Below are positions 16,760-26,490 of a DNA stretch of 64,000 nt, in pieces (position 1 is the stretch's first letter; each line of letters starts with the position of its first letter). Below the pieces are notes generated by a model. It had not been told where the DNA came from. It was given only the letters and a program-made list of their open reading frames with translations, and ran no database searches. The stretch lies in IMG/VR virus record IMGVR_UViG_3300044959_000131, positions 64,001 through 128,000 of that record. One strand, 5' to 3'. Made by a program: the position numbers and the translations under genes. This DNA comes from a virus.

Positions 16760-17580
16760 GAAATTCCTCTGTTCGGCTGTGGGATACCGAAGTTCTTCTC
16801 CATCAGAAAGTCATACACTCTGAACGCTTTCATGAAGTCCATCAGCGTCTTCGAGTAGTCACCGCCTGGTACATTCCAATCAGCTTTTCTTAAGAGGTAC
16901 GACGGGTGGAGGGTGATGATGACTGGGTAGGTTAGCTCTCCGACCTTACCTTTCATTCTCATGTCGAACAGCTCGCCTCGTTTCGTCGTCACCTCGAGCT
17001 TCTTGTTTATCAAAGTCTCAGCAGCAGTTTTTCCAGAAGCAATGATGACGATTGGATCGACGATGTAGATGATGTTCATCAATCGCTCGTTACAAGCCTT
17101 TATCTCTGGGGGTATTGGCTGTCTATTCTCTGGTGGCCTACAGCTTACGATGTTCGTTATGAAGACGTTTTTCTCTCTCCATCTGAACATGAAGTCGTGA
17201 AATTCACGCTCGGCGTTCCTTGAACGTGTGCTCTTGAGGTATTTGACGTACTCTGTCTTTACCTCCTGGTCTGCTGCTGTAGCCGCCAATATCTGGTTCA
17301 GAAGTTTACCGGAGCGACCGACGAAGGGTACCAGTTCCTTCATCTCTTCCTCTCCTGGAGCCTCTCCGACAATCATGACTCCGGAGTCCGGGTTCCCACT
17401 GCAGAATACGATGTCTTCTATCTCCTGACCATCATCAGTGCACCGGAAGTCTTTTAGACCGCATCTCTGACACTTGAACCACTGGTCATATAGAGATTGG
17501 AGCTGCTCTTCTTTTGAGCCGCGAAACGTGTGTATGACGGTTGCTGTATCTTCCTGTTGTTTGTTTGCCTTTTTTGTCAT
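16756..17580 (-). CDS. udg: Uracil-DNA glycosylase, family 4 (Fe-S)
   Basis: CQRC, IVGEAPGEEE, PFVGRSGKLL, TNIVSCRPPENRQP and HPSYLLR. Confidence 0.93.
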   Translation of the reverse strand: MTKKANKQQEDTATVIHTFRGSKEEQLQSLYDQWFKCQRCGLKDFRCTDDGQEIEDIVFCSGNPDSGVMIVGEAPGEEEMKELVPFVGRSGKLLNQILAATAADQEVKTEYVKYLKSTRSRNAEREFHDFMFRWREKNVFITNIVSCRPPENRQPIPPEIKACNERLMNIIYIVDPIVIIASGKTAAETLINKKLEVTTKRGELFDMRMKGKVGELTYPVIITLHPSYLLRKADWNVPGGDYSKTLMDFMKAFRVYDFLMEKNFGIPQPNRGIS

Positions 17581-17582
17581 TC

Positions 17583-18044
17583 CTACCTCTTGAATGGGCT
17601 GGTCACTCTTCTTTCAGGAAGAATAAGCCCAGCATCTTCAGCCTTGAGATGGACCTTTCTATCCAGGTATTCCTTGTATAGATTAAGGATAGCTAAGACG
17701 GTCTTCGGGCTCTGTGACACGACTCTGTACCAGCAGGTCGGAGCTATGTTGATTTGCCCTTGCTCGACAAGATCGAAATCTCCCATCATGTAGCTGAGTA
17801 TGACTCCATTCCCTTGCACCTGTTGTAATCGAAGAATCCTTTTTGGATTGTGTATGCAGATGAATCCGTTCTTCTTGAGTTTCTCATTGATATGATTGAA
17901 ATCATCGTCCTCGTGTAGCTCTGCCATGATCTGATCAGAACCGACGTGGAAGATGACCAAATTCTTGGCGATTACACCTCTTTGTTTCAGCTCATCGATT
18001 ACCTTGTTGACTTCTTCGTGACCATCAATCGTATTCTGAGTCAT
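17583..18044 (-). CDS. Hypothetical protein (153 aa)
   Basis: Operon-packed ORF. Confidence 0.75.
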   Translation of the reverse strand: MTQNTIDGHEEVNKVIDELKQRGVIAKNLVIFHVGSDQIMAELHEDDDFNHINEKLKKNGFICIHNPKRILRLQQVQGNGVILSYMMGDFDLVEQGQINIAPTCWYRVVSQSPKTVLAILNLYKEYLDRKVHLKAEDAGLILPERRVTSPFKR

Positions 18045-19488
18045 CTTCCTCCTCCTTCAACGATTTGAATTCTGCGTCGTACACGGCCTGCACGTCTGGC
18101 GGCAGAGTGCTTGGGACCTCGAAATCTGATGGTTTGAACACCTCAAATTTGAACCCCCAATGCCTCAAACTTGTACGGATGCTAGAACAGAGCTTCTTCA
18201 GTGGTGGAGCCATCCAGTCCTCGAAGACAATCATAACCGGATGCTTCTTACCTTCTCTGAACCTTTGAATACGGCCCATCGACTGCTGGAGAGCCACCTT
18301 CGACCTGAAAGGAGTCAACCAGAACAGAGTATCGAGTCTGTCATCATCAACGCCTACGGATCCGAGTCGCGCGATGGCAAAACAGAGTCGACTGTTTCTG
18401 AGTAGATCAGTCCGTTCGTTACGATCTGTCTCTGAGACAATGAGTGAAGACCCTGGAAACATCTTGTGGAAGAGCCTTAGCTGAGCCTTTGAATGAGACA
18501 GGCAAAGTATCTTTCTTCCGTTGTCGAGAGCGCGTTTGATGCACCAATATCTGTATGTGTTCCCGGATAGGTCTTTCCCTAGAATCGTTCTTAGAATTGA
18601 GACGTTCGTTGTGTTGTTGATTTTGGCTTTCTCGAAATCAATCCTTGCCGGAGTCTGTTGGAAGTAAATGTACGGTATCAGGTCTTGTTTCAGGTCCGTG
18701 TAGAACGGCTCTCCAATGTGGTATCGATAGATTGGGTCGAGCCCATCTTCCCTCTGCACGGTCGCTGTAAGACCGATACGGTCGCCGTAGAAAGGGGATG
18801 CTGTCAGGCTGAAGACAGGTGCACCAATCTGATGTACCTCGTCGTAGATGATTTGTCCGAAGTATCTGAATAACTCTTCAGGAATCCGCCCATCACGAAT
18901 CTGAAGAGCAAGTGTGGTCACCAAGGCCAATGTGACTGGATGCTTCCAATCAAACGTTTTTCCTTGGATGATACCCAGCTTGCCATGAAACCTCAGACCT
19001 GGAGGTGTCTCGCCGTCTCCGTATATTGACCTCTTCCATTGGTCCAGAATTCCGCCATCTGGAACGATGACTAGAGTTGGAACCCCTCTCTGAGCGATCT
19101 TTTTGATAGCGAGTTTTGTCTTACCCTTCCCACACCCCAAGTTGAGGATTCCATTGTCGTTCTGAGCTAACGCCTGCCACGCCTTTTCTTGCTCTTCGTT
19201 TCTCGGAACGACCAAATCCTCGAACTCGACTTTTTCAAACTCTGGACTGATGTCTACAAACGGAAACTTGTAGTTGACGTACTCAGATGGTCTTAGAAAC
19301 TCCCTCGGGCAAATGATGTGGTGCTTAGTCTCAGACCACATCCTATGAGTTTCTTGCTTCCCCTGAACGTTAACAGTGAATTCCAGAGCTCGTTGAACTG
19401 GTCCAACTCGAATTCCGGACTTTGGGAGCCATAGGCTGTTTGAGACGTAAGCTTTATCGGGTTCTTTCTCAACGAACTCCAGAATCAT
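18025..19488 (-). CDS. Superfamily 2 DNA helicase (UvsW/XPB-like)
   Basis: GCGKGKT, IYDEVH, GLTAT and QSMGRIQR; AGGAGG site. Confidence 0.9.
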   Translation of the reverse strand: MILEFVEKEPDKAYVSNSLWLPKSGIRVGPVQRALEFTVNVQGKQETHRMWSETKHHIICPREFLRPSEYVNYKFPFVDISPEFEKVEFEDLVVPRNEEQEKAWQALAQNDNGILNLGCGKGKTKLAIKKIAQRGVPTLVIVPDGGILDQWKRSIYGDGETPPGLRFHGKLGIIQGKTFDWKHPVTLALVTTLALQIRDGRIPEELFRYFGQIIYDEVHQIGAPVFSLTASPFYGDRIGLTATVQREDGLDPIYRYHIGEPFYTDLKQDLIPYIYFQQTPARIDFEKAKINNTTNVSILRTILGKDLSGNTYRYWCIKRALDNGRKILCLSHSKAQLRLFHKMFPGSSLIVSETDRNERTDLLRNSRLCFAIARLGSVGVDDDRLDTLFWLTPFRSKVALQQSMGRIQRFREGKKHPVMIVFEDWMAPPLKKLCSSIRTSLRHWGFKFEVFKPSDFEVPSTLPPDVQAVYDAEFKSLKEEEDDSEYD

Positions 19489-19501
19489 TTGTACCTCCTA
19501 C

Positions 19502-20125
19502 CTACTTATTCTCCTTGTCGTTTTTAGGCGCCCACAAGAATTGTCTGACGCCGAGAAGTAACTCACCTAGTGCTGACTCAACGGACGCAAGTAGCATGTT
19601 CTTCGCGACTCGCTGAACAAAATTCTCGTTTCCGAGCTGTGGCCGCATGACACTTGGAGTGCCCTTGAGAGCGGAAAACAGTGGGTCTTGGAACTGCCCG
19701 TACCGATCGTCGATGACGGGTATCAATGAATTGACTACGGTTGGTTGCTGAACAACTGTCCTCACCTGTGTCGGAGCCTGTATCGGAGCCTGCGGAGCAG
19801 GTTTTACTGGAATGACTTGTGGAGCAGCTGGTGGAGGTTGTGGGGCTTGAATAACCTGAGGCGTTGCGTACTGGGACTGTGGCTGGAACTGGCTAAAGTA
19901 GCTAGCCACTGGTGCCGGAACCGCTGTAGATACCGGAGCTGTCGTAGATACTGGAGCTGGGGCCGCTGTCTTGGACTTAATGGCCTGGTCCCGACACGTA
20001 TTTTGGAACCCACAGGCTCTGCACTCTCTATCCTCGTTGTCGTACTTTGAAGTTCCCCAACATGGTGGTCTCGGACCTAAAAGTTGAGAAGTCCCTGAAG
20101 GGTCTCCGTATCTAAAAACTGTCAT
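19502..20125 (-). CDS. Hypothetical protein with N-terminal Cys4 module and P/A/Q-rich linker
   Basis: PCWG...ECRACGFQNTC, then low complexity, then a helical C-terminus; GGAGG site. Confidence 0.8.
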   Translation of the reverse strand: MTVFRYGDPSGTSQLLGPRPPCWGTSKYDNEDRECRACGFQNTCRDQAIKSKTAAPAPVSTTAPVSTAVPAPVASYFSQFQPQSQYATPQVIQAPQPPPAAPQVIPVKPAPQAPIQAPTQVRTVVQQPTVVNSLIPVIDDRYGQFQDPLFSALKGTPSVMRPQLGNENFVQRVAKNMLLASVESALGELLLGVRQFLWAPKNDKENK

Positions 20126-20160
20126 TGAACCTCCGAATGATAAGTCCGCACTGCAAAGTA

Positions 20161-20170
20161 CTTATCCCGA
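20161..20170 (-). promoter_or_regulatory. TCGGGATAAG motif at the head of the replication module
   Basis: In the divergent intergenic gap, 36 nt upstream of ATG 20125. Confidence 0.65.
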
Positions 20171-20201
20171 CAGTTTGGCCTTTATTGGTAACCCGTTTTG
20201 A

Positions 20202-20231
20202 TTGACCGAGACCCTGAATAGGGCTTAAACT
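20202..20231 (+). promoter_or_regulatory. Sigma70-like promoter facing the virion module
   Basis: TTGACC-N18-TAAACT, about 30 nt before ATG 20263. Confidence 0.5.
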
Positions 20232-20262
20232 GGGAGAGATAACTCCACTGCAGGAGAAACAA

Positions 20263-21639
20263 ATGAAGACCGCGGGCGTCGTTCTCGATTTCTACGATGA
20301 TGTTTCTGGTGCTTATCTCAAGAGGTTATTCCCATCCCCTGATGAACTACCAGAGTGCATTAAGACGGCTCACATTTTGACGCCAGAAGAGAGAGAGGTT
20401 CTTAGAGACGAGGCGTACGCCCTTATCATGAATCAGAACGGCAAAGTTCTACGCAAGTTTGCATGTGTAGATGAGGGCAACACAGTTCTCTCTGTTCTCT
20501 ACTTCTTGGCTAACAAGGACAAGCTTCCAGAGGAAGCAGTAAAAACAGCAGCCGCGAACCTATCATACTTTTGTGAAGAGTTCGGCCTGCCGATTCCTAA
20601 GACCGTAAAGCTGGCAGCTCGGTCTGGGATGGCACGGACCCGGGACCCAATCAAGCAGCCCATTCTCGGAGACTCCGCAGATTGGGCTCAGCGAACCAAC
20701 CTCGTTTCGGTTCGTGGAGGAGCAGACCAAGGCCGCGTCATACCAACTGCTAGTCAAATGAAGACAGCAGAAAAGAAGCAATCGAGCGATCGTGGAACAG
20801 GAGCGACTAACCTTGGTGGTGGTGAGGTTCTCACAGACGACAAGCGTCACATCGGCGTCAAATCCAAGATGCCAAGGCTGAATGAGAACGACAGAATCAA
20901 CCTCGATAGTTTCCACCGCCTCAATCCGAGTGCGAAGCCAAAGACCACGATGGTTGACGTCACCGGTAAAGAGACGAAGCCAAAAGTAAAGAGGTCTTCT
21001 GCGAATCTAACTGCCCTTGGAGGAAGATACCCACTCGACTCGATGGCTGATGTTCAAAAGGCGATTCAGTACTTCGAAGAGAATCGCAAGGAGATGGAGC
21101 CGATCGAGGTTCATATCTTCGCCGTCAAGACAGCAGCGCGCGCCGAAGAGCTCGGGTTGCCGATTCCTGAAGACATGCGCAGATACGGCTCAATCGAGTT
21201 CGCCCCAGACGTAGACTTCCACATGGCTAATAGGCTGGCTGTCTGCGCACCTGAGTACAAAGAGTTGTACACAACTCTGCGAGAGAAGAGAGCTTACATG
21301 GAGCCAGAAGAGTTCGCTGAACTCCTGACACAAGCTGATACCGTGTCCAATCTTCGATGGTATTGGGGAGGTGAGATTGCCGATCCCTACTACGCAACGT
21401 TCGGCAAGACGGCTTCTTCTTGGAGCTGGCAAAGCAGGACCGGGGACTTCGTCTCAGAGGACGACCTCAAGTGGCTCGCCAGAAATGGTCGTCCTCTCAT
21501 TCACAAACACTTCTCAAGCGAGCTTGTGAATGAGTTCATCAAGGATCCTATTGCCATCTTTGAGTCTCTACCAGATGACTCAAAGGTGATTATTGCTCGC
21601 TTGGCCGCAGATAGATTCGATGGATTGGGGGCAAACTGA
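20263..21639 (+). CDS. Probable virion/head-associated protein with seven K-x-A motifs
   Basis: 458 aa; CAGGAG site; first gene of the structural cluster. Confidence 0.75.
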   Translation: MKTAGVVLDFYDDVSGAYLKRLFPSPDELPECIKTAHILTPEEREVLRDEAYALIMNQNGKVLRKFACVDEGNTVLSVLYFLANKDKLPEEAVKTAAANLSYFCEEFGLPIPKTVKLAARSGMARTRDPIKQPILGDSADWAQRTNLVSVRGGADQGRVIPTASQMKTAEKKQSSDRGTGATNLGGGEVLTDDKRHIGVKSKMPRLNENDRINLDSFHRLNPSAKPKTTMVDVTGKETKPKVKRSSANLTALGGRYPLDSMADVQKAIQYFEENRKEMEPIEVHIFAVKTAARAEELGLPIPEDMRRYGSIEFAPDVDFHMANRLAVCAPEYKELYTTLREKRAYMEPEEFAELLTQADTVSNLRWYWGGEIADPYYATFGKTASSWSWQSRTGDFVSEDDLKWLARNGRPLIHKHFSSELVNEFIKDPIAIFESLPDDSKVIIARLAADRFDGLGAN

Positions 21640-22112
21640 TGCTACACTCAACTGTTGAAGGGTTCATGTCTGGTCTCAAGGCTCTTCCAAAGGTCGGGCC
21701 AGAACGTGGTCGATTCATCACTGCTCATATGAGCCACGCACCGTTTCAATCTGCTCTGCAGGCGCATCCGCAGGGTCCTCAAATCCGTTCTATGTTGAAT
21801 CAGTACCTCAATTCGAAAGCCAATGCTGGATTGAGGCCTGGTTCCACGGTAACGAAAGCTGCGTCTATATACGCCTTCTTCGACGAACTCTACAAGATTG
21901 CGGACGCCGGTCATATTGCCGAGCTTACCGGTCTTGGAATTCTCGCAGCACCGAGCGTCAAGACTCTGTTAGACCCAAAAGCATCTAATAAGGAGAAGTC
22001 TCACGCCAAGTTTGAAACAGTAGGACTTGGAGTTCTCGCGGCGCCGAGCGCTTACAAGCTCCTTACAAAGAGGGCGGCCAGATACCACACTGGTTCACCA
22101 TACAGATGGTAG
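21639..22112 (+). CDS. Probable head-internal protein with FFDELYKIA cassette and a duplicated hydrophobic segment
   Basis: GLGILAAPSVKTLL and GLGVLAAPSAYKLL; TGATG coupling to the upstream gene. Confidence 0.7.
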   Translation: MLHSTVEGFMSGLKALPKVGPERGRFITAHMSHAPFQSALQAHPQGPQIRSMLNQYLNSKANAGLRPGSTVTKAASIYAFFDELYKIADAGHIAELTGLGILAAPSVKTLLDPKASNKEKSHAKFETVGLGVLAAPSAYKLLTKRAARYHTGSPYRW

Positions 22113-22174
22113 CACCATCGGTCCGGTCAAGTGGTTTGATTACATGAATCGGTAAGTTCTTCAAGGGTTTATAA

Positions 22175-23110
22175 GTGCAAAATCCAGAACTCGACTTGTT
22201 TGAGCGCTTGAAGGGCGTAGCTAACGTCAAGCCAACGGCTCCTTCAGAGGGGTCCGCGATGGAAGAGGAGTTGAAAAAGTCGAACCCAGACTATTCGACT
22301 CCTCTCTCCATCAGCAACCTCTTCACTCATCACGATGTTCATCCAGTCGTTCTGGATTTTGCTCTCCTCAAAGCGTTCGGCACCGATTGGTTTGGATGGG
22401 ATACGACGACGGTCTTTCAGGAAATAAAGAGAGTTTTCTCTTCGCAGATTTCTGAACACTCTCGGGCGAAGATTCAGGCTGTCAAGACCCTACATCTCGT
22501 AGGAACACCTTGGACAAGTTGGCAGGTCTTCGAGAAGATCATCCAAGCATTGAATAACAACATTCCTAGATGGGAATTGATGCAGGCACCGACTCTTGAG
22601 CAGCTCTACGCCGGCATCGACATCATGGATGAGATTCGTAGAGAAGAATTCGACGACGAAGTCAAGCAGTACATGGCTGCTGCCGTTCTGAACGAGGACG
22701 TTTTCTTTGTACCCCCTCCTCTCGACTTCATTCAGCTTGAAGTCAGTCAGCCGCACTATGTCTGCTTGGACTGCGGCAATCAAGATTCTGCCCTTTTCAG
22801 CGACGGCACTTGTGATACCTGCACACGCAAGTACGCTCCAGAGAACGGACTTTCGTTCAGGCCGGATCCTGATGTTCTAGACAGTGGTAAGGGTAAGAAC
22901 CTTAAGCTTGTGCTGAGGTTCGACCCGAGCCCAGTTGAGGCTCGGTGGAACCAGGTTTCGCATATGGCGAGTAAGGATGTAGATCTGCAAGAGAATCAGG
23001 TTGACATCCAAGTTGCAAAGCTGCTCGTAGCAAGAGATTACATGAACATTCGCAGGCGTCAACTTGCGGATCAGCTCATCGCATTGAAGTCTTGGTTGGG
23101 GTCCGCATGA
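22175..23110 (+). CDS. Hypothetical protein with a CxxC...CxxC zinc ribbon (311 aa)
   Basis: CLDC...CDTC; lies in the cluster upstream of the portal. Confidence 0.8.
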   Translation: MQNPELDLFERLKGVANVKPTAPSEGSAMEEELKKSNPDYSTPLSISNLFTHHDVHPVVLDFALLKAFGTDWFGWDTTTVFQEIKRVFSSQISEHSRAKIQAVKTLHLVGTPWTSWQVFEKIIQALNNNIPRWELMQAPTLEQLYAGIDIMDEIRREEFDDEVKQYMAAAVLNEDVFFVPPPLDFIQLEVSQPHYVCLDCGNQDSALFSDGTCDTCTRKYAPENGLSFRPDPDVLDSGKGKNLKLVLRFDPSPVEARWNQVSHMASKDVDLQENQVDIQVAKLLVARDYMNIRRRQLADQLIALKSWLGSA

Positions 23111-23607
23111 ACATCCACATGATTTCTGCGTTCACAGATGAACTCGAGAAGATTGCCCTCACCGAACGTGGTGCCGAAGTTTTTAGGAAGCAGGTCAAAG
23201 AGTATCGAGAAAGGGCATCGAAGCCTGGATTCAAGCGATCGCAGCAACTGCCCGGTTTCTGGAAAGGTATCATCAATAACATCCGGGCTACGGGCCGTCG
23301 ATTCAAGAATCCGAAGATGATGCTGAAACGATTCAAATGGTCGCTCACGGCTCCAGGTGTACCTAGGTACATAAAAGCCCTATCTGGACTTGGAATTGCC
23401 TATGAAGCTCGCGAAGTTTTGAAGAAAGGTGATGAAGGGACTAGCAGACTGCGACGTGCTCTTGAGGGAGCAGGAGGTCTCATTGGTGGGACTGCAGGAA
23501 GGGGGATTACTGGTTCAATTGTTGGCGGCACAGCAGGTGCGTTAATTGGAAGCCAAGCTGGTAAGGTAATCGACAAGATTCGAGGCTACAAGCCACATAA
23601 AGAGTAA
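23107..23607 (+). CDS. Probable head-internal protein: AFTDELEKIA cassette, basic region and glycine zipper
   Basis: ATGA overlap with the upstream stop; C-terminal GAGGLIGGTAGRGITGSIVGGTAGALIG. Confidence 0.75.
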   Translation: MNIHMISAFTDELEKIALTERGAEVFRKQVKEYRERASKPGFKRSQQLPGFWKGIINNIRATGRRFKNPKMMLKRFKWSLTAPGVPRYIKALSGLGIAYEAREVLKKGDEGTSRLRRALEGAGGLIGGTAGRGITGSIVGGTAGALIGSQAGKVIDKIRGYKPHKE

Positions 23608-23613
23608 TCAACG

Positions 23614-25674
23614 ATGTCATTCGACAGCCTCAGCCTTGGATTTGGTGGAACTTCACGCTTTTCTGGTCAGCGTGGACGTACTGCGGACGGCATGTCACGG
23701 AGCGGTATTCGTTACCCGTCTCCGTTCTTTGACATCGGACATACCTACCTGCCGCCGTCCCTCAAGGCTCTTCTCAGGTGGTGTAGGTACTACTACCTCG
23801 TGAATCCGCTCATCAACGCGGTCATTCACAAGATGTCGGAGTATCCAATCACCGAAATTGTCATCGACGAAAAGGACCCCGAAATCAAAAACAAATGGGA
23901 CTCTCTCCTTGGAGAGATTCTTCGGATTCGTCCATTTCAAATAGAGGTTGGCCTGGACTACTACACATACGGGATGTGCATTGTCACGATTCACTTCCCG
24001 TTCGACAAGTTCCTTATCTGCAGGAACTGCGGATTCAAAGACAAGGCGACGAAGATCAACTACCGTTGGCGTAACCTCGACTACATTGTCGATTGCCCAA
24101 AATGCGGCCACTCGGGACCTGCAAAGGTTCAGGACTTCTACAAGCGAGATGTCAACGGCATCCGATTGATGAGGTGGAATCCAGAGTACGTGAACATCGA
24201 TCCGGCATTTGCTGGTGCAGATCCAGTCTACACATTCGAGCTCCCACTTCAGGTCCGGAATGACGTCATCCTCGGTAAGAAGAGTGTGCTCGACACCATC
24301 CCGGACACATTCATCGAGGCGATGAAGAGGAACAAGTATGTCCGTTTCTCAGACGACAACCTCTTTGTTTTCAAGCGGCCCATCATCAGCCAGAAAGATT
24401 CTGGTTGGGGTATGCCGCTCATCTTCCCTGTCCTCAAAGACACGTTCTATCTACAGATATTGAGGAAGGCACAAGAGGCTATTGCTGCTGAGCACATTGT
24501 TCCACTCCGAGTTCTCTTCCCACAACCCGGCTCTGCATCCTCGGATCCATACTCGACGATTTCACTCGACTCGTGGAAGAGCAGGATCGAAAGCGAGATC
24601 GCGAAGTGGAAATACGACAACAACTACATTCCTATTCTCCCTCTTCCAATCGGAAATCAGACCATCGGCGGGCAAGGCCGTGCGTTGATGCTTCACCAAG
24701 AGATGGAGGTCTGGTCTAGGCAGATCGTTGCTGGGATGGGTGTTCCGCAGGAATTTGTATTCGGTGGAATGCAGTACTCTGGATCCAATGTCTCGATGCG
24801 AATGGTCGAGAACATGTTTCTTGGGTACAGAACCGATCATGATTTGATGCTCAATCACTTTGCCATCAAGCGCATCGCTCATTTCATGGGGTGGCCGCCT
24901 GTGAAGGCACACATGAGACGATTCAAGATGGCAGATGACCTACAACGTTCAGCCTTCTTCTTTCAGCTAAATCAAGCTGGAAAGATTTCAGACCAGACGT
25001 TGCTGCAAGAAGTTGATTTCGATCCAGCAACTGAGGAGACTCGTCGCAAGATTGAGCTAGACAAGCAACTTGAGTTCAATCGCAAGATGCAAGTCGCTCA
25101 AGCTTCTATTCAGGGCGAGATGCAAATCGTTCAGGCTCGCTATCAAAAGCGGGTTTCAGAGCTTATGCAGCCTCCTGCCGAGAATATGTCTCCTGTAGCT
25201 CCTCAAATGGCTGAATCCGGAGGTGGTGCTCTAGTAGAGCCGCCTCCTCCAGAGAATCCTTCAGAGAACACTGAAGGCGGTCCAGTTACGACACCGGAAG
25301 GTGAAATGCTACCTGGTAAACAAGTCGACCCGGCCATGCCTTCTAATTCGACAGTGTCATTCGAGAATGCTCAGAGTGCTCCATCAGAGGGTATCCCACC
25401 AGAGATGATGAGCCCACTCTCGGCGAGCATGAAGGGCGGTGGATTCAATCTTCTCTATTTGGCACGACGTGCGGCAACCGCGCTTCTCAAGATGGATGAA
25501 GGTCAGAGGATGGCCGAGATGAACAACATGAAGATGACCAACCCTCAGCTATACAGCCTAGTATTACAGCTTTTGAATCGCGAAAGAGGATCGCAGGAGA
25601 ATCCTCTTGATGCTGTTCAAAGCCCTCAGCCGCAGATTAAGCCCTCACGTCGTGCGAGCTCAACTGGTGTTTGA
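23614..25674 (+). CDS. Portal protein
   Basis: PSPFFD...RWCRYYY..NPLINAVIHKMSEYP N-terminal pattern, LMRWNP, GWGMPLIFPVLK and QEFVFGG; size and context also fit. Confidence 0.8.
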   Translation: MSFDSLSLGFGGTSRFSGQRGRTADGMSRSGIRYPSPFFDIGHTYLPPSLKALLRWCRYYYLVNPLINAVIHKMSEYPITEIVIDEKDPEIKNKWDSLLGEILRIRPFQIEVGLDYYTYGMCIVTIHFPFDKFLICRNCGFKDKATKINYRWRNLDYIVDCPKCGHSGPAKVQDFYKRDVNGIRLMRWNPEYVNIDPAFAGADPVYTFELPLQVRNDVILGKKSVLDTIPDTFIEAMKRNKYVRFSDDNLFVFKRPIISQKDSGWGMPLIFPVLKDTFYLQILRKAQEAIAAEHIVPLRVLFPQPGSASSDPYSTISLDSWKSRIESEIAKWKYDNNYIPILPLPIGNQTIGGQGRALMLHQEMEVWSRQIVAGMGVPQEFVFGGMQYSGSNVSMRMVENMFLGYRTDHDLMLNHFAIKRIAHFMGWPPVKAHMRRFKMADDLQRSAFFFQLNQAGKISDQTLLQEVDFDPATEETRRKIELDKQLEFNRKMQVAQASIQGEMQIVQARYQKRVSELMQPPAENMSPVAPQMAESGGGALVEPPPPENPSENTEGGPVTTPEGEMLPGKQVDPAMPSNSTVSFENAQSAPSEGIPPEMMSPLSASMKGGGFNLLYLARRAATALLKMDEGQRMAEMNNMKMTNPQLYSLVLQLLNRERGSQENPLDAVQSPQPQIKPSRRASSTGV

Positions 25675-25695
25675 TGGCATCGTACTTCGAGGCCT

Positions 25696-25723
25696 AAAAA
25701 AGGTCGGACTACTCGTCCGCCTT
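25696..25723 (-). terminator. Terminator for the antisense zinc-finger island
   Basis: AAGG-CGGAC/GTCCG-A-CCTT stem with a T-run on the minus strand, overlapping the TAG at 25709. Confidence 0.55.
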
Positions 25724-25939
25724 CGGGAAACAACTCTTGATCTCTAACAGCTTGAGATGCGCTTGTCGGAAGTGCTCATTTATCTCGGCCAATCTCTGAA
25801 GTAGCCCTTCAGGAGCCCCTTGATGGTGTGCTCTCTGCCAGAACCGATACTGAGTCTTCCACATCGCTAGCGCATCTTCTGCGAATCGTTCGATGTCGTC
25901 CTGCCAGATTTGCTCTTCCAAGTCAGTCTTCTGGGCCAT
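25709..25939 (-). CDS. Small helical hypothetical protein
   Basis: MAQKTDLEEQIW...; start chosen to minimise overlap (the track starts at 25963). Confidence 0.65.
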   Translation of the reverse strand: MAQKTDLEEQIWQDDIERFAEDALAMWKTQYRFWQRAHHQGAPEGLLQRLAEINEHFRQAHLKLLEIKSCFPKADE

Positions 25940-26276
25940 CGAGCTGTGCCTCACACGCGGCACAATACCGTGCTGAGCTTAAAAGCTCTGAGTATGGAAC
26001 ACCGAACATGTCTCCTGTGAGTTCGTCGATGACGGCTTCGTACTCGTCTGTGCTATCGACGATGTTCATTACGAGGTATGCCACAGAACAGAGCTCGTGC
26101 ATGACGGCATCTCCTGTGGTGCTATCACCATCAACAACAATTGGCTGACCACTTTTTCGACCCTTCCCCAATACTCCGTGATGGATGTAAACGGACCTGT
26201 CGCCAAGAAATATTGGCCTATCACACCACTTGCACATGGTGTGAGAAGGAGGCTTGTACGGCAATTCTTCACCCAT
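25923..26276 (-). CDS. Zinc-finger protein (CxxC...HxxC plus CxxC)
   Basis: CKWC...HELC and CAAC; ATG 26276 overlaps the upstream stop. Confidence 0.7.
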   Translation of the reverse strand: MGEELPYKPPSHTMCKWCDRPIFLGDRSVYIHHGVLGKGRKSGQPIVVDGDSTTGDAVMHELCSVAYLVMNIVDSTDEYEAVIDELTGDMFGVPYSELLSSARYCAACEAQLDGPED

Positions 26277-26490
26277 CGATTCGTTCTCCATGCGCACCGA
26301 TGAGTGACATCGGAGCACCGCTCTTCACTGGACAGAGGTAGTGCGCATACCGCTCATCGGATCCATCGTCGAAACGTCTTCGTAGAAGTGTGAATTTAGG
26401 GTATAGATCTTCGTTCTTGAATCGATAGACTGTCAGTCGAAGAATCCAGTCGTCCTCCTTGAATTCTTCACCGCAGATGCAGCAGTTCAT
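26269..26490 (-). CDS. Zinc-finger protein (CxxC...HxxC)
   Basis: CCIC...HYLC; ATGA overlap with the upstream gene. Confidence 0.7.
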   Translation of the reverse strand: MNCCICGEEFKEDDWILRLTVYRFKNEDLYPKFTLLRRRFDDGSDERYAHYLCPVKSGAPMSLIGAHGERIDG

